A DNA stretch of 64,000 nt from sequence record NC_070952.1; one strand, written 5' to 3'. Shown piece after piece: positions 36,318-46,666 of the stretch; the first letter of the stretch is position 1; each line of letters begins with the position of its first letter. Position numbers and translations under genes: made by a program. The notes beneath the pieces are model-generated. The model had not been told where the DNA came from, ran no database searches, and saw only the letters and a list, made by a program, of their open reading frames with translations.

Positions 36318-38096
36318 ATGTCAAGTAACGAATTAACTTTGGTGCCGTCATACGCTGCATTAAAGGCGACCAAACCCACAGTACAAGGACAACGGGCTTT
36401 ACTGACCGGATGGAACGAAGGAACAAATGTCGGGGGTGGTTATTTCATCGGTTACTTGGTGAATCGCAACGTAACCCAGAAGTACAGTGACGGTGGTCTC
36501 ATCGCTCACGGTAAGGATTATTATTGGGAACGTGTTGTTAGTGATCCGTCTAAACTCACCGTTATTGATTTTGGTGCGATTGCTGATGGTAAGACCGATA
36601 TTGCCGATGCGGCGCAAGCCATGCATAAATGGTCTTTAGCTAACTACCCAGGAATTGGTATCCAACTTCCTGCGGGGCGACTGTACTTATCTAAATTGGA
36701 ACTTCTTACTGAATCAAGTTTCTTCCGTTTATCGGGTCCGACAGTTAACTTCGGTTACTTTGCCAACACGGTTATCGTAACAGATACTGGCCCTGTGAAT
36801 GATAAAGGCGAACCAGTAGAAGATTTCTTGATTGATGTTAAACACCGTTGGGTCGAATTATCGAATATTATCTTCCAGTGTGAAAGCGCCCCAGGCAAAC
36901 TTAACAAGAAAGGTATCTTCCGTAACAACGTTATCGGTGGTCAGTACTTCAACGGTAAAAGTCTGAAGTTCAATAAAGTGGGTGGAACCTGCCTTAAACT
37001 GATGGACACGTTGGATGCCAAACTTGACCAATGGTACGCAAGTAGCTGTACCGGTGATGTTTTAGTGAACACCTGGTCTGATCGTTCTGCTGGCAGCTGG
37101 AACCATACCACTGCCCTGGAGCTGACCAACTTCAATATCCAAAGTAACACACTGGGTAAAGTCTTCGACCTTCAGCGTTGTACTCAGGCACTGATTCGTA
37201 ATGGTTGGATTGAACACAGTGATGATCCAGGGACGTTATGTGGTGGCCATTGGACTATTGAAAACCTCAGCATGGAAGATTGCAAAGCCAAGCTGAAGGT
37301 GTCTTGTGCTCAGTTAACGGAAATCAATAAAAACCATCAGGGTGATTCATCAGGTATCGATTATACTCGTGATACCTCAGACCAATGGTTGAGTGAGTGG
37401 GAACGTGGTCGTGTAGACATTAACCCGTACGGTGTGTATGTCGAACGGTCATTAGATGTCGGGACTTACATGTCTCGTAATAAAATCAGTAACCCAGGAA
37501 GCTTGTCCAATTGGTTTAAATTGGGAGACTTCTATTTATCTGAAGAAGGCGATACCGTAGACATCAATATGGTAGCCTGTGGGAATATCCTTTCTACTGG
37601 TGCAAGTCTTCCTGATATCGATGGAGTCAGACAAGGTGGAGGTAACACCTTAATCCGCATTCAGACTTTACAGAATGCCGGGTTAGGCGGGACTTTCCAA
37701 CCAATGGGCTCAAGTCCTGTTAGTGCAGCTAAGCTTGTGAAAACAGGTTCTGGACGTTTCGCGGTTTATGTGCAACTTAAGCCGTATACCAAGAACGTCA
37801 TCCCGATGATCACCGCTACATCGAAAACGCGTTATGAATCTGGCGTCTCTTATTACTTTACCCCAGATATCAATAAAGTCGCTATCGATGATTTAAACAA
37901 GATAACCGGCATCACCGATATCTTAGAGCAGTGGTCAATCGGTGCTGCTGCAGGTATTGGGGTGACCAATACCGGAGATCTGATCCTGAAAGGTAAATTG
38001 GTGAATAACCATCTTGCTGTTCAGATCAACTTCGGTACGCAGAATAACCCTAATGTTCAAACCCGTTTCTTAGAGTTGAAAACTAAAGCAGAATAA
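36318..38096 (+). CDS. Tailspike-like beta-helix protein, AmsF/WceF-like (candidate EPS depolymerase)
   Basis: GGGYF...WERV...VIDFGAIADGKTD pectate-lyase-like N-cap followed by beta-helix repeats; own late promoter and terminator. Confidence 0.6.
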   Translation: MSSNELTLVPSYAALKATKPTVQGQRALLTGWNEGTNVGGGYFIGYLVNRNVTQKYSDGGLIAHGKDYYWERVVSDPSKLTVIDFGAIADGKTDIADAAQAMHKWSLANYPGIGIQLPAGRLYLSKLELLTESSFFRLSGPTVNFGYFANTVIVTDTGPVNDKGEPVEDFLIDVKHRWVELSNIIFQCESAPGKLNKKGIFRNNVIGGQYFNGKSLKFNKVGGTCLKLMDTLDAKLDQWYASSCTGDVLVNTWSDRSAGSWNHTTALELTNFNIQSNTLGKVFDLQRCTQALIRNGWIEHSDDPGTLCGGHWTIENLSMEDCKAKLKVSCAQLTEINKNHQGDSSGIDYTRDTSDQWLSEWERGRVDINPYGVYVERSLDVGTYMSRNKISNPGSLSNWFKLGDFYLSEEGDTVDINMVACGNILSTGASLPDIDGVRQGGGNTLIRIQTLQNAGLGGTFQPMGSSPVSAAKLVKTGSGRFAVYVQLKPYTKNVIPMITATSKTRYESGVSYYFTPDINKVAIDDLNKITGITDILEQWSIGAAAGIGVTNTGDLILKGKLVNNHLAVQINFGTQNNPNVQTRFLELKTKAE

Positions 38097-38203
38097 CACC
38101 GTATAGAGAACAGGGGTAAAACCCTGTTCTCGATTATGCCGCGCTAAAATAATTTCAAACAAATATTATCATCATGTACACTAATGTATAAGGTTTTTCT
38201 AAC

Positions 38204-38668
38204 ATGGATAAAAAGCGAGCCGTATTAAAGGTTACCGTATATGCCGTTATCTCAGACATCCTGAAATGGATTCTTACTAAAGGTCGAACAACGATAACCC
38301 CCAAACGTGATTTCCAAGCCAAAGACCTCAAAGGTGTTTTTGTTATTGTTGATGAATTGGAACCCCTTCGTGATACTGAAGAAGTGTTATTTCATTTTCA
38401 GATATCTGCTGTTGGGAATCCCAACCGTTACCCGATCGACATTCTTGAAGTTGTCTGTCGTAAAGAGTGTCCGAATAAAAGATCGGGTATTTATATCCGA
38501 TTCAGAGGTGGCGAAGTCCCAATCACACTGCATCCAAATATCTTGGTTTTAGATGACCTTTCTCTTAATGCATTAGTCGGTGTCATTATTGACTCTAATG
38601 ATGACCTACTTAACCTTATCAATCAATCCAGCGGAGGTACGCGTGAGATTAAAAGATCTGGTAAATGA
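38204..38668 (+). CDS. Hypothetical early protein
   Basis: 154 aa, after promoter motif at 38162. Confidence 0.65.
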   Translation: MDKKRAVLKVTVYAVISDILKWILTKGRTTITPKRDFQAKDLKGVFVIVDELEPLRDTEEVLFHFQISAVGNPNRYPIDILEVVCRKECPNKRSGIYIRFRGGEVPITLHPNILVLDDLSLNALVGVIIDSNDDLLNLINQSSGGTREIKRSGK

Positions 38669-39017
38669 GATCCTGATTGATGCGGCATTAAAGAACCCAC
38701 CTAAGCCTTACAGAAACGTTTACTTTATCAAGGTGTTAAACCCTGGTGATCGAAAAAGTTTATTTGTAAGCTTTCGTTATAAGTCATCTAAAAACGAAGT
38801 CTTTATTTGTTTCGTTGAAATCGATCTCAATAACACCGAAAGAAATGTGTCTTATGGGATAAGCTTCCTTATTCCCCGAGCACGTGAATCCACCACGTTC
38901 TTTAAGAAGTCAGAATTTATCCCTTATAAGGATATCATCGAAATCTTAAAGATGAAGGTTATTCCCACCTTCGTTGAGAAACTACAAAAAGTCGAGAGCC
39001 TGTATGAACAAGACTGA
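38643..39017 (+). CDS. Hypothetical protein
   Basis: Likely GTG start at 38643 after GGAGGT. Confidence 0.6.
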   Translation: MRLKDLVNEILIDAALKNPPKPYRNVYFIKVLNPGDRKSLFVSFRYKSSKNEVFICFVEIDLNNTERNVSYGISFLIPRARESTTFFKKSEFIPYKDIIEILKMKVIPTFVEKLQKVESLYEQD

Positions 39018-39399
39018 TATCATAAAACAATACGCTGAGAGAAAGCTGCGTGAAATTTGCAAAAGCTCTCAGGGTAAGCCGATTCCAAATTGGCACAACA
39101 TCGAAGACATGCAAGGGTTTAGCTTCCGCATTACGGAAGGCGAGCTTAAGCTGGTATTCGGTATCACAGTTTACCCAGTTGACGAAGTCGGTCCTGGAAA
39201 CTTCCTGGTAAGGCTGATAGGGACGTTTGTCAATGACCCTGTAATAAGAGACGGGTACGAATTCCAGGCAGCTCCTTTGGGCCTTGGTATTCAAATGGAC
39301 CACGCTATGTTTGCTGAAGGTGAACAAGAGCTGATGGACGGCGTTTTGGAATGGATCTATGATGAGGCTGACAACATCCTGTGTCAGATACTCGAATAA
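39004..39399 (+). CDS. Hypothetical protein
   Basis: Likely start MNKTDII at 39004. Confidence 0.65.
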   Translation: MNKTDIIKQYAERKLREICKSSQGKPIPNWHNIEDMQGFSFRITEGELKLVFGITVYPVDEVGPGNFLVRLIGTFVNDPVIRDGYEFQAAPLGLGIQMDHAMFAEGEQELMDGVLEWIYDEADNILCQILE

Positions 39400-39534
39400 C
39401 GTCTGTAATCAATCCTAAGCGTTTTATTTAAGTAATACTGGTCGTTCTATCATATAGACGACTAAATCGCATGAAGAAGGATTTGGAGCTTCATGCCAAC
39501 TGACTAAGTAACGTTAACCCTTAAAGGAAATTAA

Positions 39535-40485
39535 ATGAAAGACTTTAACATCTATGCAGTAGGTGGTACTGGGATCAACATCGCTAACCGTTTTCTGAAA
39601 GACAACCGTAATGGTCGCGCCGTCGACACTATCGTTGGTTTCGATACGTCAAGCGCTAACCCAGTTTCAGATGGTCTGTTCAACGTTGAGCGTGTGCCGG
39701 ATGCCGAAGGTTCTGGCGGTAACAAGAAAGCGCATGCTGATAAGTACCCTGATTTCGCCAAACAGATGCTGGCCAAATATCCACCGAACCGTTTGAACAT
39801 CGTGGTGTTCTCAACCGGTGGTGGTACTGGTGCATCTCTGGGTCCGTGGATTGTCCGTAATCTGCTGCAGCGTAAAGTTCCCGTCCTGGCGATTGTTATC
39901 GGTGACCGTTCAAGCTACAACGAACATGATAACACAATCGGTACCCTGGGTTCGCTGTACAACCAGACCAAGCTGGGTCATTCGGTTCTGTTCTCTTACA
40001 TCGAAAACAAACCAACGGTTACTCAGGGTGACGTCAACGCCAATGCAGCTGCCCGCATTGATAATGCGATCATGTTGTTCAGCATGGAAAACGAACGTAT
40101 CGACTATGCCGACGTGTTCAACTTCTTCTTCTACACTACCGTAGTTGATGCAGATCCGGTGTTGACTCAGTTGACTTTCCTGACTGACAATGATGTAGGC
40201 AACTACAAAAGCAAACCAGTCGCAGCATTAAGTCTGTACGCTGATGCGGATCAAATCAAATCTCCGTTCGAAGATCTGCTTTATCGTAAAGCGGGTATCT
40301 ACGGTGAAACGTATCGCGGTATCACCCAGACTACTCACGCAGTCCTGGATCACGGTGACACGCTGGAAAACCTGAAAGAGATGATCAACAACAAAGCAGT
40401 GAAAACTGATCAACTCGCTGGCCAGTTCCGTAATAAAGGTAATCTGAACTTCGGCGGTAACGCTGACGATGATGGCATGATGTAA
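39535..40485 (+). CDS. phuZ: PhuZ tubulin (phage spindle)
   Basis: VGGTGINIA, tubulin signature GGGTGAS, acidic C-terminal tail; 316 aa. Confidence 0.93.
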   Translation: MKDFNIYAVGGTGINIANRFLKDNRNGRAVDTIVGFDTSSANPVSDGLFNVERVPDAEGSGGNKKAHADKYPDFAKQMLAKYPPNRLNIVVFSTGGGTGASLGPWIVRNLLQRKVPVLAIVIGDRSSYNEHDNTIGTLGSLYNQTKLGHSVLFSYIENKPTVTQGDVNANAAARIDNAIMLFSMENERIDYADVFNFFFYTTVVDADPVLTQLTFLTDNDVGNYKSKPVAALSLYADADQIKSPFEDLLYRKAGIYGETYRGITQTTHAVLDHGDTLENLKEMINNKAVKTDQLAGQFRNKGNLNFGGNADDDGMM

Positions 40486-40523
40486 TAAAGGAGGCCCTAG
40501 GTAATCCTAGGGCTTTTGCCCCC

Positions 40524-40826
40524 ATGAAAAAAATTTTGTTTAATCTCGTCCATGAACGAACGGCATTGAACGTGGTTTCCGAAAATGACATTGGGTTGGC
40601 ACATTCCATCTTGGCAAGCATTTGTCAAGAAAATGGGTTTCCGGTGGCAGAAGGATATTACGATCCTAGCCTGTCTTTTGACCATACTTATATCTATAAA
40701 AGTATCCGCAATTATGTCGAGCCTTTATTGCTTGGCGTTTGTGTTACCGACTATGCTGTCTTGGCTAGTCTGGGCAATCTTAAATTTCAACTCACACTTC
40801 ACTCGAGCAACCCATGTATAATGTAG
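40524..40826 (+). CDS. Hypothetical protein
   Basis: 100 aa. Confidence 0.6.
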   Translation: MKKILFNLVHERTALNVVSENDIGLAHSILASICQENGFPVAEGYYDPSLSFDHTYIYKSIRNYVEPLLLGVCVTDYAVLASLGNLKFQLTLHSSNPCIM

Positions 40827-41296
40827 AAAGTCGGACACTTAAGACAGAGATAGGAATCCTGTTATATTCATCGGTCACTGAAGACAAAAAGATCGAAGAA
40901 ATAATTGCGTATTACTATCCTCTTCTTTTGGATATGATGGTGAATGTTCTTAACAACCGTCATCGTTCAACGGAAGATGCAATCTTCGAAGAGCTGAAAA
41001 AGTATTACGATGATCCAGGACTTCAGTTGTTCTACGGTATGCTTTACGAAGAAATTCGTATGATCAAGAAACAGTTTATTATTGCCGGTTTTGACCCACG
41101 GTTGAAATATAAACTGGTCGAACGTACTCTCCCACGCAGTACCATTAAACTGCATGCGATCTGTATGGACCTGGAAGCAACCATGGACCATATGTTGGTT
41201 CAACCTGAAACTGGATCGGACAATCAAGATGTCAGTGACGCCGTTATCGACAACCCAACAATTGACCAACTCGAGTCCTACTTCGATAAACGGTAG
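40814..41296 (+). CDS. Hypothetical protein
   Basis: 160 aa. Confidence 0.7.
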   Translation: MYNVESRTLKTEIGILLYSSVTEDKKIEEIIAYYYPLLLDMMVNVLNNRHRSTEDAIFEELKKYYDDPGLQLFYGMLYEEIRMIKKQFIIAGFDPRLKYKLVERTLPRSTIKLHAICMDLEATMDHMLVQPETGSDNQDVSDAVIDNPTIDQLESYFDKR

Positions 41297-41855
41297 AATC
41301 GAATTTGGTTCTTTTGATTCAATCATCGAAGAGTCCCTCGAACAAAAGCAATACCTTTCTTACCGGTTAATCAATATCGCTGACAAACCCAATTTGATCT
41401 GGGGATTGCGGGAATGGCTAATTCGCCAAGCAGGGTACTTTGAAATTGTTGGATATGTACGGACTCCTGATCTTGCTTACTGGTATGACAATGAAGCATT
41501 AATAGAAGAGTTTGATGATCTTCTTTTATTGTTCCGTGATTATGTCAGATTCCAGAAAGGAATCAATTCAGACAACAAGTACAAGCTGTACCGGTTCATG
41601 GATAACATGAACTTCATCTTGCGTGAAATTGTTGAAGGTGAAACCGACGAACCCACTGATCTCGGTTACACTGTGAATGAAACGTTTTTCAGTGAGCTCT
41701 GGCCAGAGTTAGCAAAGGAATTTAAGAAATTCGAAGGTATGTTGGAAGACAAATACGGACATCAGCTTGATGTCGGGGCGCTTTTCAACCAAGTCTGCTG
41801 GAATGGCAATGGTTTAGCTTGGGAAGCATCAAAGGTCGTTAAAGCAGAGGAGTAA
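41154..41855 (+). CDS. Acidic hypothetical protein (start uncertain)
   Basis: Coding from about 41290 onward; true start not evident. Confidence 0.6.
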   Translation: MRSVWTWKQPWTICWFNLKLDRTIKMSVTPLSTTQQLTNSSPTSINGRIEFGSFDSIIEESLEQKQYLSYRLINIADKPNLIWGLREWLIRQAGYFEIVGYVRTPDLAYWYDNEALIEEFDDLLLLFRDYVRFQKGINSDNKYKLYRFMDNMNFILREIVEGETDEPTDLGYTVNETFFSELWPELAKEFKKFEGMLEDKYGHQLDVGALFNQVCWNGNGLAWEASKVVKAEE

Positions 41856-41857
41856 GA

Positions 41858-42157
41858 ATGAAGTTGCATAGTTGCAACATCTTTCCGATTCTCCGTGTAG
41901 CTACACGATATCAGCTGGATTCTGAGAAACTCTTTAGTATCATTTTGGATTTCCTCTCGCATCGTCGGGAGGAAATCCTTAATACTCAGCTGTCCAGATG
42001 GTTCAATCCATTCGACGTTGATATTAAAAGAGAACTCAAACCTATTTTATATGAGCTGATAAGTGAATTGAACTATACGGATAACGTAGACAATTTCTTT
42101 ATCAAGAATAACCGTTTCTATATTAAGGACCACGTAAATGAATCTAATGAGTGGTGA
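41858..42157 (+). CDS. Hypothetical protein
   Basis: 99 aa, GAGGAG RBS. Confidence 0.65.
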   Translation: MKLHSCNIFPILRVATRYQLDSEKLFSIILDFLSHRREEILNTQLSRWFNPFDVDIKRELKPILYELISELNYTDNVDNFFIKNNRFYIKDHVNESNEW

Positions 42158-42470
42158 TGATCCGATGTACCTGCCAGACCTGCCCATCGTATTTAGTTGG
42201 TCGCTGAGTCTTCCAGGTGTTCCTTTTACTAGCATCCTCAATAGTGTCATTCTGTTGTTCAACACGTACAACATTCGACATTCATCGGCTTTGGATTCTG
42301 AAGCGGATATGCAAATCACAACCGGTAACCCGGAAACCGACGAACGGTTTATGGCTGATTATTTGAACTTCAAAATGTTTCTGGATGGACTTAACCGGGA
42401 ATATGAGGATATTCAATGTGATCTCCAAGGAACCGGGATCGGTTTATACATGACCTTTAAGTGCAGGTAA
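42138..42470 (+). CDS. Hypothetical protein
   Basis: 110 aa. Confidence 0.65.
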   Translation: MNLMSGDDPMYLPDLPIVFSWSLSLPGVPFTSILNSVILLFNTYNIRHSSALDSEADMQITTGNPETDERFMADYLNFKMFLDGLNREYEDIQCDLQGTGIGLYMTFKCR

Positions 42471-42473
42471 TGC

Positions 42474-43148
42474 ATGTACATAAAAGCAAACCACTTCAAC
42501 TACGATAAGCTATTGGGAGGTATCGTAGAACACTTAGATCTTCAGGACACACCGCTTGATGATCAAATGGTGTCAAATGTATTTAAAGGGTTTGAGTCTA
42601 CCTATAAAGAACTCCGTGCTAATCAGAAGTTGGAAGAGTGGCAAGAACAGATCGTCGTTCAGTTCTTAGCTTCGATCCAAACCACGGTGATGTATTATGC
42701 TAGCTCATGGTTCAATGATGATGACGAACCACGAGAAGTAATGGGTTATACCGAGGTATTGGCCAAGTTGCTGGATTCTCTTGCGGATTGTCTTACCGGT
42801 ACTGGCGATGACGATATGATCGAATATGTGGACTCTTTCATAGACCGTATCGTAACCGGTGACATCAAAGAAGTTAAATTTACTAACGATCTGAAATATT
42901 GTCTCATCAATGGTGCAGAACTCGACGCAGAACAGTTTGCTAACTTTCTGCGCAGCTGGGTAGAAAGTCATCTGTCAAATGAACTGGAAGGGATCAATGG
43001 TTTCTTGTTCGATGCGATCAATGAAAACGTTCTTCCTCGAGAGTACATGAAAGATATTAACGTCATGGACATTCCTGGATCAAAAGCAAAACACGGGGAT
43101 ACTTTGATAACCTTCCCACTTATTTTGCTTGAGGTTCATAACCGATGA
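42474..43148 (+). CDS. Acidic hypothetical protein
   Basis: 224 aa. Confidence 0.7.
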   Translation: MYIKANHFNYDKLLGGIVEHLDLQDTPLDDQMVSNVFKGFESTYKELRANQKLEEWQEQIVVQFLASIQTTVMYYASSWFNDDDEPREVMGYTEVLAKLLDSLADCLTGTGDDDMIEYVDSFIDRIVTGDIKEVKFTNDLKYCLINGAELDAEQFANFLRSWVESHLSNELEGINGFLFDAINENVLPREYMKDINVMDIPGSKAKHGDTLITFPLILLEVHNR

Positions 43149-43567
43149 CAGATATCGCCCTTATCAAGAAAGATGACATCATCAATTTTGATATGATTGC
43201 ACCGGGCATTTATGGGGATCAGTATAAGGCAGCATTGGTTAGCGGGATCGTTGACTATAATACCGCTCGATTGATTGATCCCTCTATTGATGTGAAACAC
43301 GCCAACTTCTATCCTTTCTTCAAAGATAAAGTTGACAACGTCAATAGCCCGAGTATTTATAACTACTTTATCCTGCAGTTAGACAAAACCAAGTCTAACC
43401 TGGTGGTGATCGGTTTCCCTTGGATTAATGTTGATTCACTGGTGACTATCACTACCCGTAACGCAACTGTACTCATTCAGAACTTCCAGGAATGGCAGCG
43501 CGCTCCGCTGGTTGATTTCTTGAACAGCTTGAATGTGACTTACACGTATAAAGTAGACGATCAATAA
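43145..43567 (+). CDS. Conserved hypothetical protein upstream of DNA polymerase
   Basis: 140 aa, GAGG RBS, followed by a terminator hairpin. Confidence 0.7.
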   Translation: MTDIALIKKDDIINFDMIAPGIYGDQYKAALVSGIVDYNTARLIDPSIDVKHANFYPFFKDKVDNVNSPSIYNYFILQLDKTKSNLVVIGFPWINVDSLVTITTRNATVLIQNFQEWQRAPLVDFLNSLNVTYTYKVDDQ

Positions 43568-43659
43568 AAATAGTATCCTATTACTGGACCTACCATACGG
43601 TAGGTCTGGTAATATATTTACCTATTATTATTATTTTTTCTCTTAATGAGGGAATCGAG

Positions 43660-45738
43660 ATGTCTGGAGTGGGTCCATTTCTCTCAGAGGAATACAGTAG
43701 CGACCGCAACATACTGAAACACGCTATTAGCCAACATGCGACGTTTCTTGCGAAGACGCGCGGTGAAGATGAATCTGAGATCAGAAATAATCTGATAAAA
43801 TATTTTAAAGAGAAGAAAGATGAGTTCCGTTCTCGTCGTGCCAAAGTCATTATTAAGAATAAACTTGGCGACCGCGAAATGCACGTTATCCCTTTCTCTT
43901 CTGTATTAAAGCACGTACAAGAAAAGAACTACCACTTCTCCCCTTCCATGGTTGGGTACACTAACTCAGAAGAAGAAGAGTGTATCAACTCAGTCGGTAC
44001 CCGGTTGTTCATTGATAACCGTAACTACTATAAAGGTCTGCGCAAGAAAGCCCACAAAGCGGGCGATGATGATCTTTATGATAAGTACCACGAATTACAG
44101 AACGCCTTTAAGATCTTTAACAACGCACAGTCAGGGGCAATGTCATCTGAAGGAACACCGATCAACAACAAGACCGGACACACTTCATTAACGTCTACCT
44201 GCCGCTGCCTGACGTCCACAGCGAACTTAATTAACGAACAGTTCATTGCCGGTAACCGTTTCTATAACACTCCGGAGAATACGTTACAGTCGTTAATGGC
44301 ACGTCTTCAAGTTACCGACCTGAAGAAACTGGAAACAGTAATGGAGAAATACAAACTTCATTACCCAACCGTTGATCAGGTTATGGAACGTGTGCGTTAC
44401 TGTTCAGGTCGTTATTGGGATTCCGCGAAGTTCATGGATATTATTCATAACTTCTTAAAGGAACTGTCGAATCTTCATTTGGCATCTATTCTGTATACCC
44501 TTGATCTGGTCTCTTTATTTGCCCACAACAAAGAAACGATCTCCACGTTCTTTGATGAATTTGCGGCACTTAAGAAACCGGAAGAAGGGAAAGAAGCCAA
44601 AGATTACCTCGCACCGGATAACGATGACAAATATGTACTGGCGGTATCCAAGCTTCCGCGCAGTGCAACCATGTTGGATATCTCTGCACTGAACCAACAT
44701 CACGATTACGTTGAAAAGAAATACGCTGACTTAATGAACGTGTTCTTCAAATCAGTGATTCCACCGTCAGGGTTATTCGATGTAACGTCTTCTATTCGTG
44801 ATTGTGTATTGACTTCAGATACCGACTCCTCTATCTATACCGTGGATGAGATGATCGAAGCGTACACTGATGATCGTGATAAAGGGATTAAACTGAATGC
44901 GGTATTGACTTACTTCATTCGTATGATCTCTGTTGACCAGCATCAGCAGTTGTCTGCTAACCTGAACGTCAGTACCCGTAACCTGCGTATGCTGGGGATG
45001 AAGAACGAGTACTATTTTGGTGCGTATGTAACAACGTTGATGTCAAAACACTATTACGCCAGTCAGCAGATGGTTGAAGGTGTGATGAACGAAAAACCTG
45101 AAATGGAAATCAAAGGGGTTCACCTTAAGTCATCGAAGATTGCCAAGAACATTAAAGACTTTGCTCAAAAGCTCATGGTTGATACCTTAGAAGCTATTGA
45201 ACATAAGCACAAACTGGATGCACCTGAAATCTTGAAAGGGATTGGGGATCTGGAGCGTACCATCGTTAATGATATTAACAGTGGTGATTGGAAATGGTTA
45301 TCTCGTCAAGGGGTTAAAGGTAAAGCAGCTTATACCAATCCAAATGGTTCGGTGTACTTCTACCATGAGCTGTGGGAGAATGTGTTCAGCAAGAAATACG
45401 GTCCTGCTCCTGAGCTTCCTTATGTGGGTGTGAAGATGTCAGTTGCTTTGGGATCCAAATCTAAGATGAAAGCCTGGATTGACTCCATCGAAGATAAAGA
45501 AATCAAAGCCAGTCTTGAAGAGTTCTTCTTGATGACCGGTCGTACAGATCTTGGTAACATCGTTATTCCAATGGAGCGCCTTCAGTACATCCAAGGTATC
45601 CCAGAAGAGATCAAACAAGCGGTGGATTATCGTACTGTAATTAAACAGAACCTGAAGTGTGTTTATGAAGTCTTAAACTCAACAGGTCTGTACTTTATGA
45701 ACGATTCCATTACGCGTTTGGTAAGTGACGAGCATTAA
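43660..45738 (+). CDS. Split B-family DNA polymerase subunit (phiKZ gp50-like)
   Basis: QNAFKIFNNAQSG (KxxxN motif), LTSDTDSSIY (DTDS), KHYY...KGVHLKSS; position upstream of chmA. Confidence 0.85.
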   Translation: MSGVGPFLSEEYSSDRNILKHAISQHATFLAKTRGEDESEIRNNLIKYFKEKKDEFRSRRAKVIIKNKLGDREMHVIPFSSVLKHVQEKNYHFSPSMVGYTNSEEEECINSVGTRLFIDNRNYYKGLRKKAHKAGDDDLYDKYHELQNAFKIFNNAQSGAMSSEGTPINNKTGHTSLTSTCRCLTSTANLINEQFIAGNRFYNTPENTLQSLMARLQVTDLKKLETVMEKYKLHYPTVDQVMERVRYCSGRYWDSAKFMDIIHNFLKELSNLHLASILYTLDLVSLFAHNKETISTFFDEFAALKKPEEGKEAKDYLAPDNDDKYVLAVSKLPRSATMLDISALNQHHDYVEKKYADLMNVFFKSVIPPSGLFDVTSSIRDCVLTSDTDSSIYTVDEMIEAYTDDRDKGIKLNAVLTYFIRMISVDQHQQLSANLNVSTRNLRMLGMKNEYYFGAYVTTLMSKHYYASQQMVEGVMNEKPEMEIKGVHLKSSKIAKNIKDFAQKLMVDTLEAIEHKHKLDAPEILKGIGDLERTIVNDINSGDWKWLSRQGVKGKAAYTNPNGSVYFYHELWENVFSKKYGPAPELPYVGVKMSVALGSKSKMKAWIDSIEDKEIKASLEEFFLMTGRTDLGNIVIPMERLQYIQGIPEEIKQAVDYRTVIKQNLKCVYEVLNSTGLYFMNDSITRLVSDEH

Positions 45739-45782
45739 TAGTATCGAGTGAGGGCGGGAGTACCGCCCATGACTCTTCCGTA

Positions 45783-46604
45783 GTGATAAACCCAATAAGC
45801 GAGGAGCTTATAATGAAAGAAGAAACAGGCTTTGTAGATAATCCATTCATTTGGAAATCGCCCTCTATATTAGCAAGTGTCAATATCGATCCAACCAGAT
45901 ATTCTCACCTGTTAATTTATCAGGATTATTGTCAGATCGTTGTAGGGCATGTGACATCTCCGTCGCTAGATAAATCAGATGCTGCAACAATATTGAAAGA
46001 ACTTAAAGGACTTATTTCTTCGTTTGGATCGACTAAATCCAGACTGTCCGCAGTTAAGTACACACCAACAACGATTAAAGTAGGACAGTGTATATTGTTG
46101 GGTAGACCAGGACACGACGGTCTTGTGAGAGCGTTGGAGTTATACGTCTCTGACGGCCCTTATCCCAAGAACATTCCCTATACTAACAAAATTGACAGTG
46201 GATCAGAAATTATAGTCAAGGAAAGGGTAGGTAAGGTCAGCCTTCATTCATGGTGGGATTTCAAACGTTATAGTTTTGGGTCTTCCATGCAATTAACAAT
46301 CGTCGGTCCCTATGAAATATTTTCATTTGGATTCAATGACAAAACGACCATCGATAAGTTATCTGAGGCCGTTAAATTTCTGATTAAAACAGACATCAGA
46401 GAAATAAAAATAGACACCAAACCTGAATGGCCTGATGAACTTAACCTGCGTGTGTTCAAACAGTCTGTCTGCGGTGAGCCAGCTGTTTGTATTTCTACTG
46501 ATACCATTATGGGTAACCAGCGGTCCCTAATTTTTATTGGCAAGGAATCAGGAGCCCGATTCTTAGAGTTCTTGAAAAAGGCCAAACGGTCGACTGAAAA
46601 ATAA
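45783..46604 (+). CDS. Hypothetical protein
   Basis: 273 aa. Confidence 0.65.
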   Translation: MINPISEELIMKEETGFVDNPFIWKSPSILASVNIDPTRYSHLLIYQDYCQIVVGHVTSPSLDKSDAATILKELKGLISSFGSTKSRLSAVKYTPTTIKVGQCILLGRPGHDGLVRALELYVSDGPYPKNIPYTNKIDSGSEIIVKERVGKVSLHSWWDFKRYSFGSSMQLTIVGPYEIFSFGFNDKTTIDKLSEAVKFLIKTDIREIKIDTKPEWPDELNLRVFKQSVCGEPAVCISTDTIMGNQRSLIFIGKESGARFLEFLKKAKRSTEK

Positions 46605-46627
46605 TCAATTTTATGTAAAACAATTTA

Positions 46628-46657
46628 GAACTCTACCTGGATATCCAGGTAGAGTTC
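46628..46657. terminator. Perfect 30-bp palindrome / bidirectional terminator
   Basis: GAACTCTACCTGGATATCCAGGTAGAGTTC between convergent genes. Confidence 0.75.
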
Positions 46658-46666
46658 AACGTTGCG

